From contig JBEKKN010000010.1 in NCBI GenBank assembly GCA_050010675.1, positions 5,648-69,647 of the forward strand: a DNA stretch of 64,000 nucleotides. Direction: 5' to 3'. This document shows, piece after piece, positions 42,960-54,772 of the stretch (positions within the stretch are counted from its first letter, which is position 1; every line of letters starts with the position of its first letter). The translations under genes and the position numbers were made by a program. The notes beneath the pieces are model-generated. The model did no database searches. It saw nothing but the letters and a program-made list of their open reading frames with translations, and was not told where the DNA came from. The DNA is from Verrucomicrobiota bacterium (GTDB lineage: Bacteria > Verrucomicrobiota > Verrucomicrobiia > Limisphaerales > UBA11358).

Positions 42960-43037
42960 TTCCTAAAGAGCCGCGCGCTGAATGGATTTTTCTCTGATGC
43001 TTGACACTGCCGCATTTGAACATGTTATCCTGAACGC

Positions 43038-44585
43038 ATGACGCCACGATTCCTTTCCCTCTTCCTGTTGCTGGCCGGTTTCAATCTCTGTGCCGCCGAT
43101 GCGCCGGATTATTCCTCATTCATCCGCACCCCGCCCGCGCCGCCCACACCGCATATCAACGGCCCGACGGTGTTCGGTGTGCGCCCGGGTTCGCCCCTGC
43201 TTTACACAATTCCGGCCACCGGTGACCGGCCGATGACGTTCAGCGTGGAGAACCTGCCCGCCGGCTTGAGCGTGGACGCCGCCAACGGCCAGATCACGGG
43301 CACGCTCAAAAAGAAGGGCGAGTATGCCGTGGTGTTCCACGCCAAAAACGCGGCGGGCGAGGCGCAGAAAAAATTCCGCTTCCGGGTGGGCGATAAAATC
43401 GCGCTCACACCGCCGATGGGCTGGAACAGCTGGAATTGCTGGGCCTGGACGGTGAGCCAGGACAAGGTGCTGAAGTCGGCGCGGGCGATGGTTTCGTCCG
43501 GGCTCATCAATCATGGCTGGACGTACATCAATATTGATGACACCTGGCAGGGCTCGCGCACCGGCGCCGACCACGCGCTCCAGGGCAACGGACTTTTTCC
43601 CGACATGAAAGGGTTGTGCGACACCATTCATCAGATGGGATTGAAGGCCGGCATTTATTCGACACCCTGGATCACGTCGTACGCCGGCCATGCCGGTGAG
43701 TCGAGCGACAATCCCGACGGCGCGTGGACGAAGGCGTTGCAGAACGCCAAACATTTTGGGAAATATAGTTTCATCGGGGCCGACGCGAACCAATATGCCG
43801 CCTGGGGTTTCGATTATTTGAAATACGATTGGGACCCGCTCGATGTGCCGCACACCAAGGCCATGAGCCAGGCGCTCCGAAAATCCGGACGCGACATCGT
43901 TTTCAGCCTCTCGAACGACGCGCCGTTTGATCATGCTGCCGACTGGGCGGAATGGGCGAACTGCTGGCGCACCACCGGCGACATTTTTGACAGCTGGGAC
44001 ACGCCCGGCCAGCAGTGGAGCTTCACCGTCTCGGAAATCGGGTTTTCGCAGGACCGCTGGGCGCCGTATGCCGGGCCGGGCCATTGGAACGATCCCGACA
44101 TGCTGGTGGTGGGCTATGTCGGCTGGGGGCCGCAGCTGCATCTGACCCGGCTCACGCCGGATGAACAGTACACGCACATCACCATGTGGTGCATGTTGTC
44201 CGCGCCGTTGTTGATCGGCTGCGACCTGGACCGGCTGGATCCCTTTACGCTGAACCTGCTGGACAACGACGAAGTGCTGGCGATTGACCAGGACGCGCTC
44301 GGCCAGCAGGCCACCCGCGTGGCAACGGTCGGGGCCGTGGATGTGTATTTGAAGAATCTGGAAGACGGCGGCAAGGCGCTGGCCTTCTTCAACCGGGGTT
44401 CGGCGGCGGAAACCATTGAGTTCAACAAACTCGAATATCTCGGCATTCACGGCCGCCAGGCGGTGCGCGATTTGTGGCGGGAGGCGGACCTGCCGGACAT
44501 CACCGCCAGCAACGGGGCTTTGTTCAGGGTGAACGTTGCCGCCCACAGCGTGGAGCTTTATAAATTCATCCCGGACCCGCAGTAA
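43038..44585 (+). CDS. GH27 alpha-galactosidase with N-terminal Ig domain
   Basis: TPPMGWNSWN, YINIDD.WQ, WGFDYLKYDW, WRTTGDI, WNDPDML. Confidence 0.93.
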   Translation: MTPRFLSLFLLLAGFNLCAADAPDYSSFIRTPPAPPTPHINGPTVFGVRPGSPLLYTIPATGDRPMTFSVENLPAGLSVDAANGQITGTLKKKGEYAVVFHAKNAAGEAQKKFRFRVGDKIALTPPMGWNSWNCWAWTVSQDKVLKSARAMVSSGLINHGWTYINIDDTWQGSRTGADHALQGNGLFPDMKGLCDTIHQMGLKAGIYSTPWITSYAGHAGESSDNPDGAWTKALQNAKHFGKYSFIGADANQYAAWGFDYLKYDWDPLDVPHTKAMSQALRKSGRDIVFSLSNDAPFDHAADWAEWANCWRTTGDIFDSWDTPGQQWSFTVSEIGFSQDRWAPYAGPGHWNDPDMLVVGYVGWGPQLHLTRLTPDEQYTHITMWCMLSAPLLIGCDLDRLDPFTLNLLDNDEVLAIDQDALGQQATRVATVGAVDVYLKNLEDGGKALAFFNRGSAAETIEFNKLEYLGIHGRQAVRDLWREADLPDITASNGALFRVNVAAHSVELYKFIPDPQ

Positions 44586-44725
44586 CCGGTCGTCGCAACC
44601 GGTGGCCGGCAAGGCCCGGGATTTGAACGGGAATACGCCGGGCTGATTTCTAATCTGCGCCGATTGTTCCATTAGCCGGCTTGACCCTCGCGGCAAAAAC
44701 CGGTTTGATTAAGGGGGAAAATTTT

Positions 44726-45940
44726 ATGAGTTCGCCAAAATCTCCGCTCGATGAGTTGCGCATCGAGCGCCGTCCGGCGCGGCCATCCCCGTTTAAGCCT
44801 TGGATGGCGGTCGTGGTGCTGGCCGTATTGCTGGTGCTCGGCGGGGCGGTTTGGTGGCACGCGCAGGCCGGCGCGGTGGTCGTGCAAACGGCGGTGGCGC
44901 GGGACGCCCGGAGTGGCGGTGCCGACCGCACGGTGTTGAATGCCTCCGGTTACGTCACCGCGCGACGGGAGGCGACGGTTTCCTCCAAGGTCACCGGGAA
45001 GGTCACAGAAGTGCTCATCGAGGAGGGCATGAAGGTCAAGGCCGGTCAGGTCCTGGCGCGACTGGATGATTCCAACGTCAAGGCCAGCCTCGACGTGGCC
45101 GTGGCCCAACTGGCCTCGGCCCAGGCGGCGCTGGCGGAAACCGAGGCGCAACTCAAGGACGCCGACCAGGAATTTCAGCGAACGACGGAACTGGCCAAAC
45201 AACACATCGCGTCCCAATCCGACCTGGACCTGGCCGAATCGAATGCGAGAGCGTTGGAAGCCCATCTGGCGCAGCAAAAACTGGACGTGGTCGTCGCGGA
45301 TCGCCAGGTGTTGATGTGGCAGCAGCAGATGGACGACATGATCATCCGCGCGCCGTTTGACGGCGTGATCACCACCAAGGATGCGCAGCCAGGCGAGATG
45401 ATTTCCCCGGTCTCGGCCGGCGGCGGTTACACGCGCACGGGCATCGGCACCATCGTGGACATGGGCTCGCTGGAAATCGAAATTGACGTGAACGAAAGCT
45501 ACATCAACCGGGTCGAACCGGCCCAGCCGGTCGTGGCCACGCTGGACGCGTATCCCGACTGGGAAATTCCCTGCAAGGTCATCGCCATCATTCCGACCGC
45601 CGACCGCGACAAGTCCACGGTCAAGGTGCGGGTGGGTTTCGATCAGCTGGACCCGCGCATCCTGCCGGACATGTCCGTCAAGGTGGCCTTCCGGGACAAC
45701 GGCGTAACGGCGGCGGGTCACGCGGTGATGGTTCCCAAAAATTCGGTGCTTAACCGCGATGGCCGCGACGTGGTGTTCGTGGTGCAGGACGGCCATGTCG
45801 AACGCCGCGCCGTCACCGTCAGCGACACCCAGAACGACGATTCCGTGTTGAGTGCCGGCGTGGCTGCCGGCGAAAAGGTGGTCGTGGGCGCGCCGGCTGA
45901 TTTGCAGGACGGCATGGCCGTAAAGGAGAAAAAGTTATGA
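44726..45940 (+). CDS. Efflux periplasmic adaptor (MacA-like)
   Basis: TM anchor, ASGYV.ARR.A.VSSK..G, IRAPFDG, coiled coil. Confidence 0.9.
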   Translation: MSSPKSPLDELRIERRPARPSPFKPWMAVVVLAVLLVLGGAVWWHAQAGAVVVQTAVARDARSGGADRTVLNASGYVTARREATVSSKVTGKVTEVLIEEGMKVKAGQVLARLDDSNVKASLDVAVAQLASAQAALAETEAQLKDADQEFQRTTELAKQHIASQSDLDLAESNARALEAHLAQQKLDVVVADRQVLMWQQQMDDMIIRAPFDGVITTKDAQPGEMISPVSAGGGYTRTGIGTIVDMGSLEIEIDVNESYINRVEPAQPVVATLDAYPDWEIPCKVIAIIPTADRDKSTVKVRVGFDQLDPRILPDMSVKVAFRDNGVTAAGHAVMVPKNSVLNRDGRDVVFVVQDGHVERRAVTVSDTQNDDSVLSAGVAAGEKVVVGAPADLQDGMAVKEKKL

Positions 45941-46644
45941 ACGAAGACAAATCCAACACCGGCACCCTGGTGCAGGTAGAAGGCGTGGGAAAGGTTTTCC
46001 ATCGGGGTTCGGAGGACATCCACGTGTTGACCGATTTGAGTCTCCAGGTTCCAGCCGGTGAATTCCTGGCGTTGATGGGGCCGTCCGGTTCCGGCAAGAC
46101 CACCCTTCTGAATTTGATTGGCGGTCTCGACCGCCCGACGAGCGGCACGGTCGCGGTCGCCGGCGAACTCATCGATCAATTATCCGACCGCGGTCTGGCC
46201 GCGTGGCGCGCGCGGCACGTCGGTTTTGTGTTCCAGCTTTACAACCTGATGCCGGTATTGACGGCGGAGCGGAATGTGGAACTGCCGCTGTTGCTGACGC
46301 ATCTTTCGAAGGCGGAACGGAAGAAACACGTGGAGACGGCGCTGGCGGTCGTCGGGCTGTCGCACCGCGCGAAGCATTATCCGCGCACCCTTTCCGGCGG
46401 CGAACAACAACGCGTCGGCATCGCCCGCGGCATCGTCACCGACCCGACCCTGTTGCTCTGCGACGAACCGACCGGCGACCTGGACCGGAAATCCGGCGAC
46501 GAAATCCTGGACCTGCTCCAGGCGCTGAACCGGGAGCACGGCAAAACCATTGTCATGGTCACGCACGACCCGCATGCCTCGGCGCGCGCGGCCCGGACCC
46601 TGCATCTCGACAAGGGGCAGTTGAGCAACGGCTCGGCGAAATGA
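45937..46644 (+). CDS. ABC transporter ATP-binding protein (LolD/MacB-like)
   Basis: GPSGSGKT, LSGGEQQRV, CDEPTGDLD. Confidence 0.95.
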   Translation: MNEDKSNTGTLVQVEGVGKVFHRGSEDIHVLTDLSLQVPAGEFLALMGPSGSGKTTLLNLIGGLDRPTSGTVAVAGELIDQLSDRGLAAWRARHVGFVFQLYNLMPVLTAERNVELPLLLTHLSKAERKKHVETALAVVGLSHRAKHYPRTLSGGEQQRVGIARGIVTDPTLLLCDEPTGDLDRKSGDEILDLLQALNREHGKTIVMVTHDPHASARAARTLHLDKGQLSNGSAK

Positions 46645-47795
46645 AATTCCTGCATCTTATCTGGAGCAACCTGAAGCGGAAAAAGCTGCGCACGTCGCTG
46701 ACGCTGCTTTCGATTGTCGTGGCGTTTGTCCTGTTCGGGTTTTTGGCGGCCATCCAGCAGGCGCTGGTCGGCGGCGTGGCCCTGGCGGGCGCGGACCGGC
46801 TGATTGTCCGCGAGAAGGTGTCCATCATCAACCTTCTGCCGGTCAGTTACGAAGCGCGAATGGATCGCATCCCCGGTGTGGATTTCGCCACGCACCAGAC
46901 CTGGTTTGGCGGCGTATACCAGGACCCCAAAAATTTCTTCATGCAAAATCCCGTCGAACCGGAAAAATTTCTCAAGATGCATCCGGAAGTCATCCTGCCA
47001 CCGGATCAGTTGAAGGCGTGGCTGGCCACGCGGACGGGCGCGATCGTCGGCCGCCGGACGGCGAACCGATTCCATTGGAAGATCGGCGACCAGGTTCCCA
47101 TTCGATCCACCATCTGGTCGGGGCCGGACGGCAGCCGCACGTGGACCTTTGACATCGTGGGTATATACGACGGCAAGGACAAGGGCACCGATACCACGCC
47201 GTTGTTCTTCCATTATGATTACTTCGACGAAGCGCGGCAGTACGCCAAGGGACAGGTGGGCTGGTACACCATACGCATCAAGGATCCGTCGCAGGCGGCA
47301 GCCGTGGCCCGGCGGGTGGACGAGGAATTTGAAAATTCGCCGGCGGAAACCAAGACGGAACCCGAAGGTGCGTTCATCCAGGCCTGGGCGAGTCAAATCG
47401 GCAACATCGTGTTCATTGTCGCAGCCATTCTGGGCGCGGTCTTTTTCACGATCCTGCTGGTGACGGGCAACACCATGGCGCAGGCGGTGCGCGAACGGAC
47501 CGGCGAGCTGGGCGTGCTCAAGGCCATTGGGTTCACCAACGGGCAGGTCGTCGCGCTCGTGCTCGCCGAGTCGTGTCTCTTGACGGTGCTCGGTGGAACC
47601 CTCGGGCTCGGACTGGCATGGGCCTTTATTTCGCGCGGCGACCCGACGTCCGGCCTGCTGCCCTTGTTCTTTCTACCCACGCGCGATTTGCTGATTGGAG
47701 TGGGCATCAGCCTCGTGCTGGGGTTGGTCACCGGAATTTTTCCCGCGCTCCAGGCGATGCGCCTGCGTGTAGCGGACGCCCTGCGTAGGATGTAA
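46641..47795 (+). CDS. ABC transporter permease (FtsX/MacB family)
   Basis: ATGA-coupled start MKFLHL; RERT.E.GVLKAIGF. Confidence 0.92.
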   Translation: MKFLHLIWSNLKRKKLRTSLTLLSIVVAFVLFGFLAAIQQALVGGVALAGADRLIVREKVSIINLLPVSYEARMDRIPGVDFATHQTWFGGVYQDPKNFFMQNPVEPEKFLKMHPEVILPPDQLKAWLATRTGAIVGRRTANRFHWKIGDQVPIRSTIWSGPDGSRTWTFDIVGIYDGKDKGTDTTPLFFHYDYFDEARQYAKGQVGWYTIRIKDPSQAAAVARRVDEEFENSPAETKTEPEGAFIQAWASQIGNIVFIVAAILGAVFFTILLVTGNTMAQAVRERTGELGVLKAIGFTNGQVVALVLAESCLLTVLGGTLGLGLAWAFISRGDPTSGLLPLFFLPTRDLLIGVGISLVLGLVTGIFPALQAMRLRVADALRRM

Positions 47796-47890
47796 AATGA
47801 TTTCCCAAACTCATTTTCAATTCATGGGTGAATGGCTGCGTTGCGCCGTTCCCGACGTGACGGGACAGCGCAGCGTCACGGCCGTTGCCC

Positions 47891-47918
47891 CAACCCTCAA
47901 CCCTCAACCCTCAACCCA
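47891..47918. repeat. Heptamer tandem repeat (CAACCCT)3+
   Basis: CAACCCT x3 then CAACCCA, immediately before the second permease start. Confidence 0.7.
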
Positions 47919-47921
47919 CTA

Positions 47922-49121
47922 ATGGCCGGCCCCATCAACTGGATTTCACAAGTCGGGTCCATCACGAAGTTCGGGTTGCTGAGCCTCCCGCAACGGCGCG
48001 GCGCGGTGGCGGCCACGGTCATCGGCATCGCCGGCGTCGTCGCCGTGCTCGTGGGCGTGCTTTCCATTGCGGCGGGTTTCCGGCACGCCATGACCGTTTC
48101 CGGGTCGCCGGACGGCGCGATTATTTTGCGCAGCGGCGCGGACAGCGAAATGGTCAGCGGCTTCGGGCGCGACGAGACACGCGTCATCGCCGACACCCCG
48201 GGCATTGCGCGCACCTCGCAGGGCCCGCTCGCGTCCGCGGAGTTGTTCGTCATCATCGACCTGCCCAAGCGCTCCACCGGCACGGATGCGAACGTGCCCC
48301 TGCGCGGGGTGGAACCCGCCGCGTTGCTGGTGCGCGATAACTTGAAAATCGTCCGGGGCCGGATGTTCGACTGGGGCAAGGACGAGGTCATTGTCGGTCG
48401 CGGCGCGGCCCAGGAATTCGCCGGATTGGACGTTGGCTCAAAGATTCAGGTGGGCCGTTACGAATGGCCCGTGGTGGGCATGTTCTCGGCAAACGGCGGC
48501 GTGGCGGAATCGGAAATCTGGAGCGACGCCAAGGTATTGCAGGACGCCTACAATCGCGGTGATTCGTATCAATCCGTCTCCGTCAAACTGAATTCCCCGG
48601 AGACGTTCCAGGCGTTCAAGGATGCGCTCACCTCCAATCCGCAACTCAACGTGCAGGTCACCCGGCAATCCGATTATTACGCCCAGCAATCCGAAGCCAT
48701 CACGCGGTTGATCACGACGCTCGGTTTTATCATCGCATTTCTGATGGCCATCGGCGCGGTGTTCGGCGCGCTGAACACGATGTACAGCGCGGTCGCGGCG
48801 CGGACGCGGGAAATCGCCACCCTGCGCGCGCTCGGGTTTGGCAGCGGCGCGGTCGTGGTCTCGCTCATGCTCGAATCACTGCTGCTGGCGCTGGTCGGGG
48901 GGGTCATCGGCGGCGTGCTGGCCTATCTGGCCTTCAATAATTTTCACACCTCGACGATGAATTTTCAGAGCTTCAGCCAGATTACGTTCGCCTTCAAGGT
49001 CACGCCGCAATTGCTGGTGCGCGGCATCATCTGGTCGGCGGTGATTGGTTTGATCGGGGGTTTGTTCCCGGCCATTCGCGCCGCGCGCCTGCCTATCGCG
49101 TCGGCGTTGCGGGAGTTGTGA
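47922..49121 (+). CDS. ABC transporter permease (FtsX/MacB family)
   Basis: NTMY.AV..RTREIATLRALGF, GGLFPA.RAAR. Confidence 0.92.
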   Translation: MAGPINWISQVGSITKFGLLSLPQRRGAVAATVIGIAGVVAVLVGVLSIAAGFRHAMTVSGSPDGAIILRSGADSEMVSGFGRDETRVIADTPGIARTSQGPLASAELFVIIDLPKRSTGTDANVPLRGVEPAALLVRDNLKIVRGRMFDWGKDEVIVGRGAAQEFAGLDVGSKIQVGRYEWPVVGMFSANGGVAESEIWSDAKVLQDAYNRGDSYQSVSVKLNSPETFQAFKDALTSNPQLNVQVTRQSDYYAQQSEAITRLITTLGFIIAFLMAIGAVFGALNTMYSAVAARTREIATLRALGFGSGAVVVSLMLESLLLALVGGVIGGVLAYLAFNNFHTSTMNFQSFSQITFAFKVTPQLLVRGIIWSAVIGLIGGLFPAIRAARLPIASALREL

Positions 49122-49176
49122 GGAATAAAATGGGCAGTCCGCCGGAGGCGGACCGCCCGGTAAAAAACGGGTCCGT

Positions 49177-49896
49177 CTATTTTTGGATGTCCAGCAATTC
49201 CACCTCGAAGATCAAGGTGCTGTTCGGTCCAATCTTCGGGCTGGGGCTTTGCTCATCGTAGGCGAGCTTGGCGGGGATGAACAACTGCCACTTGTCACCC
49301 ACTTTCATCATCTGCAGCGCCTCCGTCCAGCCGGGAATCACGCCGCCCACGGGAAAGGTGGCCGGCTGGCCGCGTTGCACGGAACTGTCAAAGACCGTCC
49401 CGTCAATCAGCGTGCCGGTGTAGTGCACCGTGACCGTGTCGGTTTTCTTGGGGGTGGCGCCGGTGCCGGACTTGAGGATTTTATATTGAAGTTCCGCCGT
49501 TGTTCCGTCCGGCAAAGTCACCGGATGAACCTTGACGCCGTCCTTGGTTTTGTTCGCGGCGAGGAACGCCTCGCCGTCTTTGAGGTTTTTGGCGCCATCG
49601 GCATATTTGGCCGCTTCGGCGGCATTTTTGGCTTCGACGTCCTGCTGAAGCTGTTGCAGCGCGGCGTGGGCTTGCTCCGCCGTCAGCGCCGGCTTGCCAC
49701 CCAGCGCGTCGGTGATACCCGCCGCCAGCGCCCGAGCATCCAGGCCCAAGTCCTGGGCTTTGAGATTTGAACCGATGTTCAGGCCGATGGCATAGCTGGT
49801 TCTCTGTTTGGGATTCGTCAAGTCAGGCTTGTCCTGTGCCGCCGCGGAACTCACGAGCAATCCGAGGGCGAGGGTCGGGATGAGATATGATTTCAT
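49177..49896 (-). CDS. FKBP-type peptidyl-prolyl isomerase (FkpA/Mip-like)
   Basis: Signal peptide, SYAIG, VHYTGTLIDGTVFDSS, VIPGWTEALQ, LIFEVELL. Confidence 0.95.
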   Translation of the reverse strand: MKSYLIPTLALGLLVSSAAAQDKPDLTNPKQRTSYAIGLNIGSNLKAQDLGLDARALAAGITDALGGKPALTAEQAHAALQQLQQDVEAKNAAEAAKYADGAKNLKDGEAFLAANKTKDGVKVHPVTLPDGTTAELQYKILKSGTGATPKKTDTVTVHYTGTLIDGTVFDSSVQRGQPATFPVGGVIPGWTEALQMMKVGDKWQLFIPAKLAYDEQSPSPKIGPNSTLIFEVELLDIQK

Positions 49897-50082
49897 TTGA
49901 TGATTCTTCGTATGGGTGTTTGCGAAGCAGGAGCATCCGGGAGCCATGCGGTTTCGTCAAGGGTGGATCGAAGGCGGCTCGGATGGTTGCGCCGCGAACA
50001 TGTTGCTGCGGCTATCGGCGGTGACCGACCCGGGGATCACCCAAAAAAGGTGAATGGGTTTCGATTCCCTTTCCAAAGCCGT

Positions 50083-51021
50083 TCAAACTTCCTTCAGCGC
50101 GCGGTTGATCCGTTCGATGGCTTCGTTGATTTCCCCGCGGTTTTTGAACCCGATGACCACGGCGTCGATCTCCGGACAGGCCATGGCATAGCGGATGGAT
50201 TTCTCGCGGTCGGCCGGATCGGTGAACGTGCCGTTACCGCAGATTTTCATGCCAATCACGCCACGACCTTTCGCGCGCATGATTTTAATTTGCTGCATCA
50301 CCGGGGTGATCTCATTGCGCTGGCCGCTCCAGGCGCCGGTTTCGTTGTCGGTGTAACTGCCCTGCGGATTCACGCGCACCAGGTGCACCTCGGGCCAATC
50401 CGAGGTGACCCCCGCGCGCAACGCGGGCAGGCTGTGGCAGGAAACGCCCTTGGCCCGGATCCATTTCCGGTCCTGGGCTTCGTCGAAGGCGTCCATGACG
50501 CGTTTCCACTCGTCGGTCCACTGGCCGCGGGTCATGCAATGAACCAGCAGGCTGTCGATGTAATCGGTGTCGAACGTTTTGCGGTGGTGATCAATCACGG
50601 CCAGGACGTCCTCCGGCCGGCCATCCATCTTGGATTGGATGAACAGCTTTTCCCGCGGCAACCCCTTGATGGCGTCGGCAATCAATCCAAAGGTCCGGTA
50701 GGATTCGGAGGTGTCGATGTACGTAATGCCGCGGTCATAGGCATAATGGATGAGATCGACGAACGCGTCCTTGCCCTTGGCGGTCTGGATGTGGCCGTTG
50801 TCGCTGCCGGTGCCGAAACCCAGCCGGCTCAGTTTGATGCCGGTATTACCCAGCGTCACTTGATCCGTGGCCGTGCGCGTCACGGCGGGACCGGCGGTGG
50901 ATTTGGTTTCACCCCAGGCCCAGGGTGAGAGCAGCACCGTGCCGGCCAGGGCGGTGGAGGTTTTCAGAAAATCACGGCGATTAAGTCCGTTACGGTTCGA
51001 ACGCGGGGGTTTCATGGTCAT
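50083..51021 (-). CDS. Tat-exported aldo/keto reductase family protein
   Basis: NRRDFLK Tat motif, SRLGFGTG, YIDTSESY, GVSCH, IGMK. Confidence 0.85.
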   Translation of the reverse strand: MTMKPPRSNRNGLNRRDFLKTSTALAGTVLLSPWAWGETKSTAGPAVTRTATDQVTLGNTGIKLSRLGFGTGSDNGHIQTAKGKDAFVDLIHYAYDRGITYIDTSESYRTFGLIADAIKGLPREKLFIQSKMDGRPEDVLAVIDHHRKTFDTDYIDSLLVHCMTRGQWTDEWKRVMDAFDEAQDRKWIRAKGVSCHSLPALRAGVTSDWPEVHLVRVNPQGSYTDNETGAWSGQRNEITPVMQQIKIMRAKGRGVIGMKICGNGTFTDPADREKSIRYAMACPEIDAVVIGFKNRGEINEAIERINRALKEV

Positions 51022-51265
51022 TTGCTTTCCGGTTGGCGGCCACGGGGACAATCCGACGCGAGCCGCGAGGGGATGCGGCTACCCGGTAATGAGGCGGCCT
51101 TGCACATGCGTCACAAATAGCAGCAGCCGGTGGAATTGCAACAACGTTTTGCCTGTGCCGGAGGTCGCTGGGAAAAATTGGGAACCTTTTTCCGATTTTC
51201 TCCTCTTACAAGGGAAGGCGGGATGCCTTTTGAAGCAAAACACCATCAAGTTGAAGGAAAGAGCC

Positions 51266-51823
51266 ATGAAAATGACATTAAAATTAATTTCTCCGAAACT
51301 GTTTTTGACCCTCCTTGCCGCCTGGGGAGCGTCCGCGGTCGCCTTTGCCCAGGGCGAGTCGGCCACCGGCACCGTGAGCGGGGTGTTGAACGGCAGCTTG
51401 TATGATTACACCATAACGCTCAACAATACCTCCGGCTCGGTTCCCATTGGCAGTTTTTGGTATTCCTGGACGCCAACCATATCGCCGTTCTTTTATCTTC
51501 CCTCCACTCCAGGCAGCGCCGGGGCTCCGGCGGGGTGGACGGCGGGAGTGGTGGCAAATTCAATTCAATTTTCCAGTTCGGGAACACCGCTGGCCCCGGG
51601 ACAGTCCATTCAATTTACGTACGCCGCCTCATTTTCACCGGCGCAATTGACCGGCGATGCCGGGTATTCCTATGTTTATAGCGGAGGGATTGAAGGCGAC
51701 GCCGGTGCCTTTGTGAACATTCAAACGGTGCCCGAGCCCGCCTCGCGGGGATTGTTGACGGCCGGTCTTCTCAGCCTGGTATTGGCCGGTCGGCGGAAGC
51801 TGCAGAAAGGGGCTGCCGCTTAA
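51266..51823 (+). CDS. PEP-CTERM sorting domain protein
   Basis: Signal peptide; C-terminal VPEPAS, hydrophobic helix, RRK. Confidence 0.88.
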   Translation: MKMTLKLISPKLFLTLLAAWGASAVAFAQGESATGTVSGVLNGSLYDYTITLNNTSGSVPIGSFWYSWTPTISPFFYLPSTPGSAGAPAGWTAGVVANSIQFSSSGTPLAPGQSIQFTYAASFSPAQLTGDAGYSYVYSGGIEGDAGAFVNIQTVPEPASRGLLTAGLLSLVLAGRRKLQKGAAA

Positions 51824-51840
51824 GGCCGCTGTTCAACTTC

Positions 51841-51876
51841 AAAAAGAGGCGAACGGGATTCCCGTTCGCCTTTTTT
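51841..51876. terminator. Bidirectional intrinsic terminator
   Basis: A-run, GGCGAACGGG-ATT-CCCGTTCGCC, T-run, between convergent genes. Confidence 0.85.
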
Positions 51877-52984
51877 AATGGGTTTCACCCGCCGCCACGG
51901 GCGGCAACGGCGGCAGGCCTGCCACGGCGCGAACCGGGGTGATGGCCCGGCGATAACCCGGATCACTCAGGCTGTACGAACGCGGATCATCAAACAGCGC
52001 CTGTACCGCGTTGCTGGTGCTCTCGGCGCGTCCCTCCATCCCGGCCCACTGCATCCACCAGGTCCACTTCGGTTGTTGGTTGAGAATGTCGACGGTCGGC
52101 GGCGGTCCCACTTCCGCCAGGGTGACCGGCTTGCCATCCGCCAGCTTGAGCAGATCGTGGTAATAAGTTGGGTTGAAATCGCTATGATACACATCGAGCG
52201 CGGCAATATCGAAATATTGTCTGCCGGGAAAATAATCGGCGAACTGCCGTTCCGGCATGGCGGGCCGGTCCACGCTCCAGATCCAGATCAGGTTGTTGAG
52301 CTGGTGGTAATTCACGAGCCGGTCAAACAATTGCCGGTACAGGACCGCGGTGCCGCTCTCTCCCCGCCGTCCGCCCCACCAGAACCATTCGCCGTTCATT
52401 TCATGATACGGCCGCCACAAGACCGGCACGTGCGCGTCCTGGAGTTGTTTCAGGTAACCGGCGATGACATCCACCTGCGCGCACCAATGCCGGTTCAGTT
52501 CCGTGCCGGGCGTGATCAGGTCATTCCACTGTTCATCGGTCAACCGGCCCTGCACGCTCGCCAGCCGGTTCGTCGCCGGGGCGTCACGCCGGGGCATGAA
52601 CGTGACCGGCTCATCGGCCGTGGGCGGCACCGCATGCCAGCACAGGGTGATGATCGCCCCGTTCGTCCATTGGCGTTCGCATTCGGCAATGATGTCCGGC
52701 CGCGCCGCCACCGCATCCTTGTCGCCCGGCGCGGCGAACCCAAAGTCCTGGCCAAAAATGGCCGGGGTTTTTCCGTAGAGCCGGCTCGCGAGCACCGTGG
52801 AGGTGTCCTTCGTGTTCGGAAAATTGTGCTGGCCGGTCAGGGTGTGCCGGCCCGAAATGCCCTGAAGGTATTTCAACAGCGCGGCGGCTTCAGGCGAGGG
52901 ATGAGGTGTCACCGGCTTGATCGACGTGCAGCCGGCACACAGGACCGCCAGAAAAAGTCCGGACAGGATTTGCTTGAAGCTCAT
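51875..52984 (-). CDS. GH26 beta-mannanase-like lipoprotein
   Basis: Lipobox LCAGC, WRPYHEMNG.WFWWG, YFPG..Y.DI, LAEVG. Confidence 0.9.
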   Translation of the reverse strand: MSFKQILSGLFLAVLCAGCTSIKPVTPHPSPEAAALLKYLQGISGRHTLTGQHNFPNTKDTSTVLASRLYGKTPAIFGQDFGFAAPGDKDAVAARPDIIAECERQWTNGAIITLCWHAVPPTADEPVTFMPRRDAPATNRLASVQGRLTDEQWNDLITPGTELNRHWCAQVDVIAGYLKQLQDAHVPVLWRPYHEMNGEWFWWGGRRGESGTAVLYRQLFDRLVNYHQLNNLIWIWSVDRPAMPERQFADYFPGRQYFDIAALDVYHSDFNPTYYHDLLKLADGKPVTLAEVGPPPTVDILNQQPKWTWWMQWAGMEGRAESTSNAVQALFDDPRSYSLSDPGYRRAITPVRAVAGLPPLPPVAAGETH

Positions 52985-53085
52985 GGTTTCTGCTTTGGTT
53001 GAAATGGATTTCGTCCATACAAGCAGAAATGTTCCGCGACTGCAACCGGGCTTTTTCAAGGGTAGTGGTACGTTTTGCCGCTTTC

Positions 53086-53135
53086 GGTGGGGCGAGCGTC
53101 CTCGCGAGCCGGCTCGTCAGCAGCCTCGCCCCACC
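53086..53135. repeat. REP-like doublet GGTGGGGCGAG...CTCGCCCCACC
   Basis: 11-bp terminal inverted repeats; its reverse complement nearly matches the leuS insert at 59893-59954. Confidence 0.88.
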
Positions 53136-53179
53136 AAAAAGTACCACTGCCTTTTCAGGGGCGTGAACCCTGAGCAACC

Positions 53180-53207
53180 AAAAGGCGAACGTGAATTCCC
53201 GTTCGCC
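53180..53207 (-). terminator. Intrinsic terminator after ahcY
   Basis: GGCGAACG-GGAATTCA-CGTTCGCC-TTTT on the minus strand. Confidence 0.65.
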
Positions 53208-53269
53208 TGGTTCTGGCGGCGCTTGGTGAACGCCGGAAATTTACGCCGGTTCCAGACCGCCGCTACGGT

Positions 53270-54739
<1,470 letters not shown>

Positions 54740-54772
54740 ATGAGTCGGGAGTTAAAAGTTGAGGTTTAAAGG

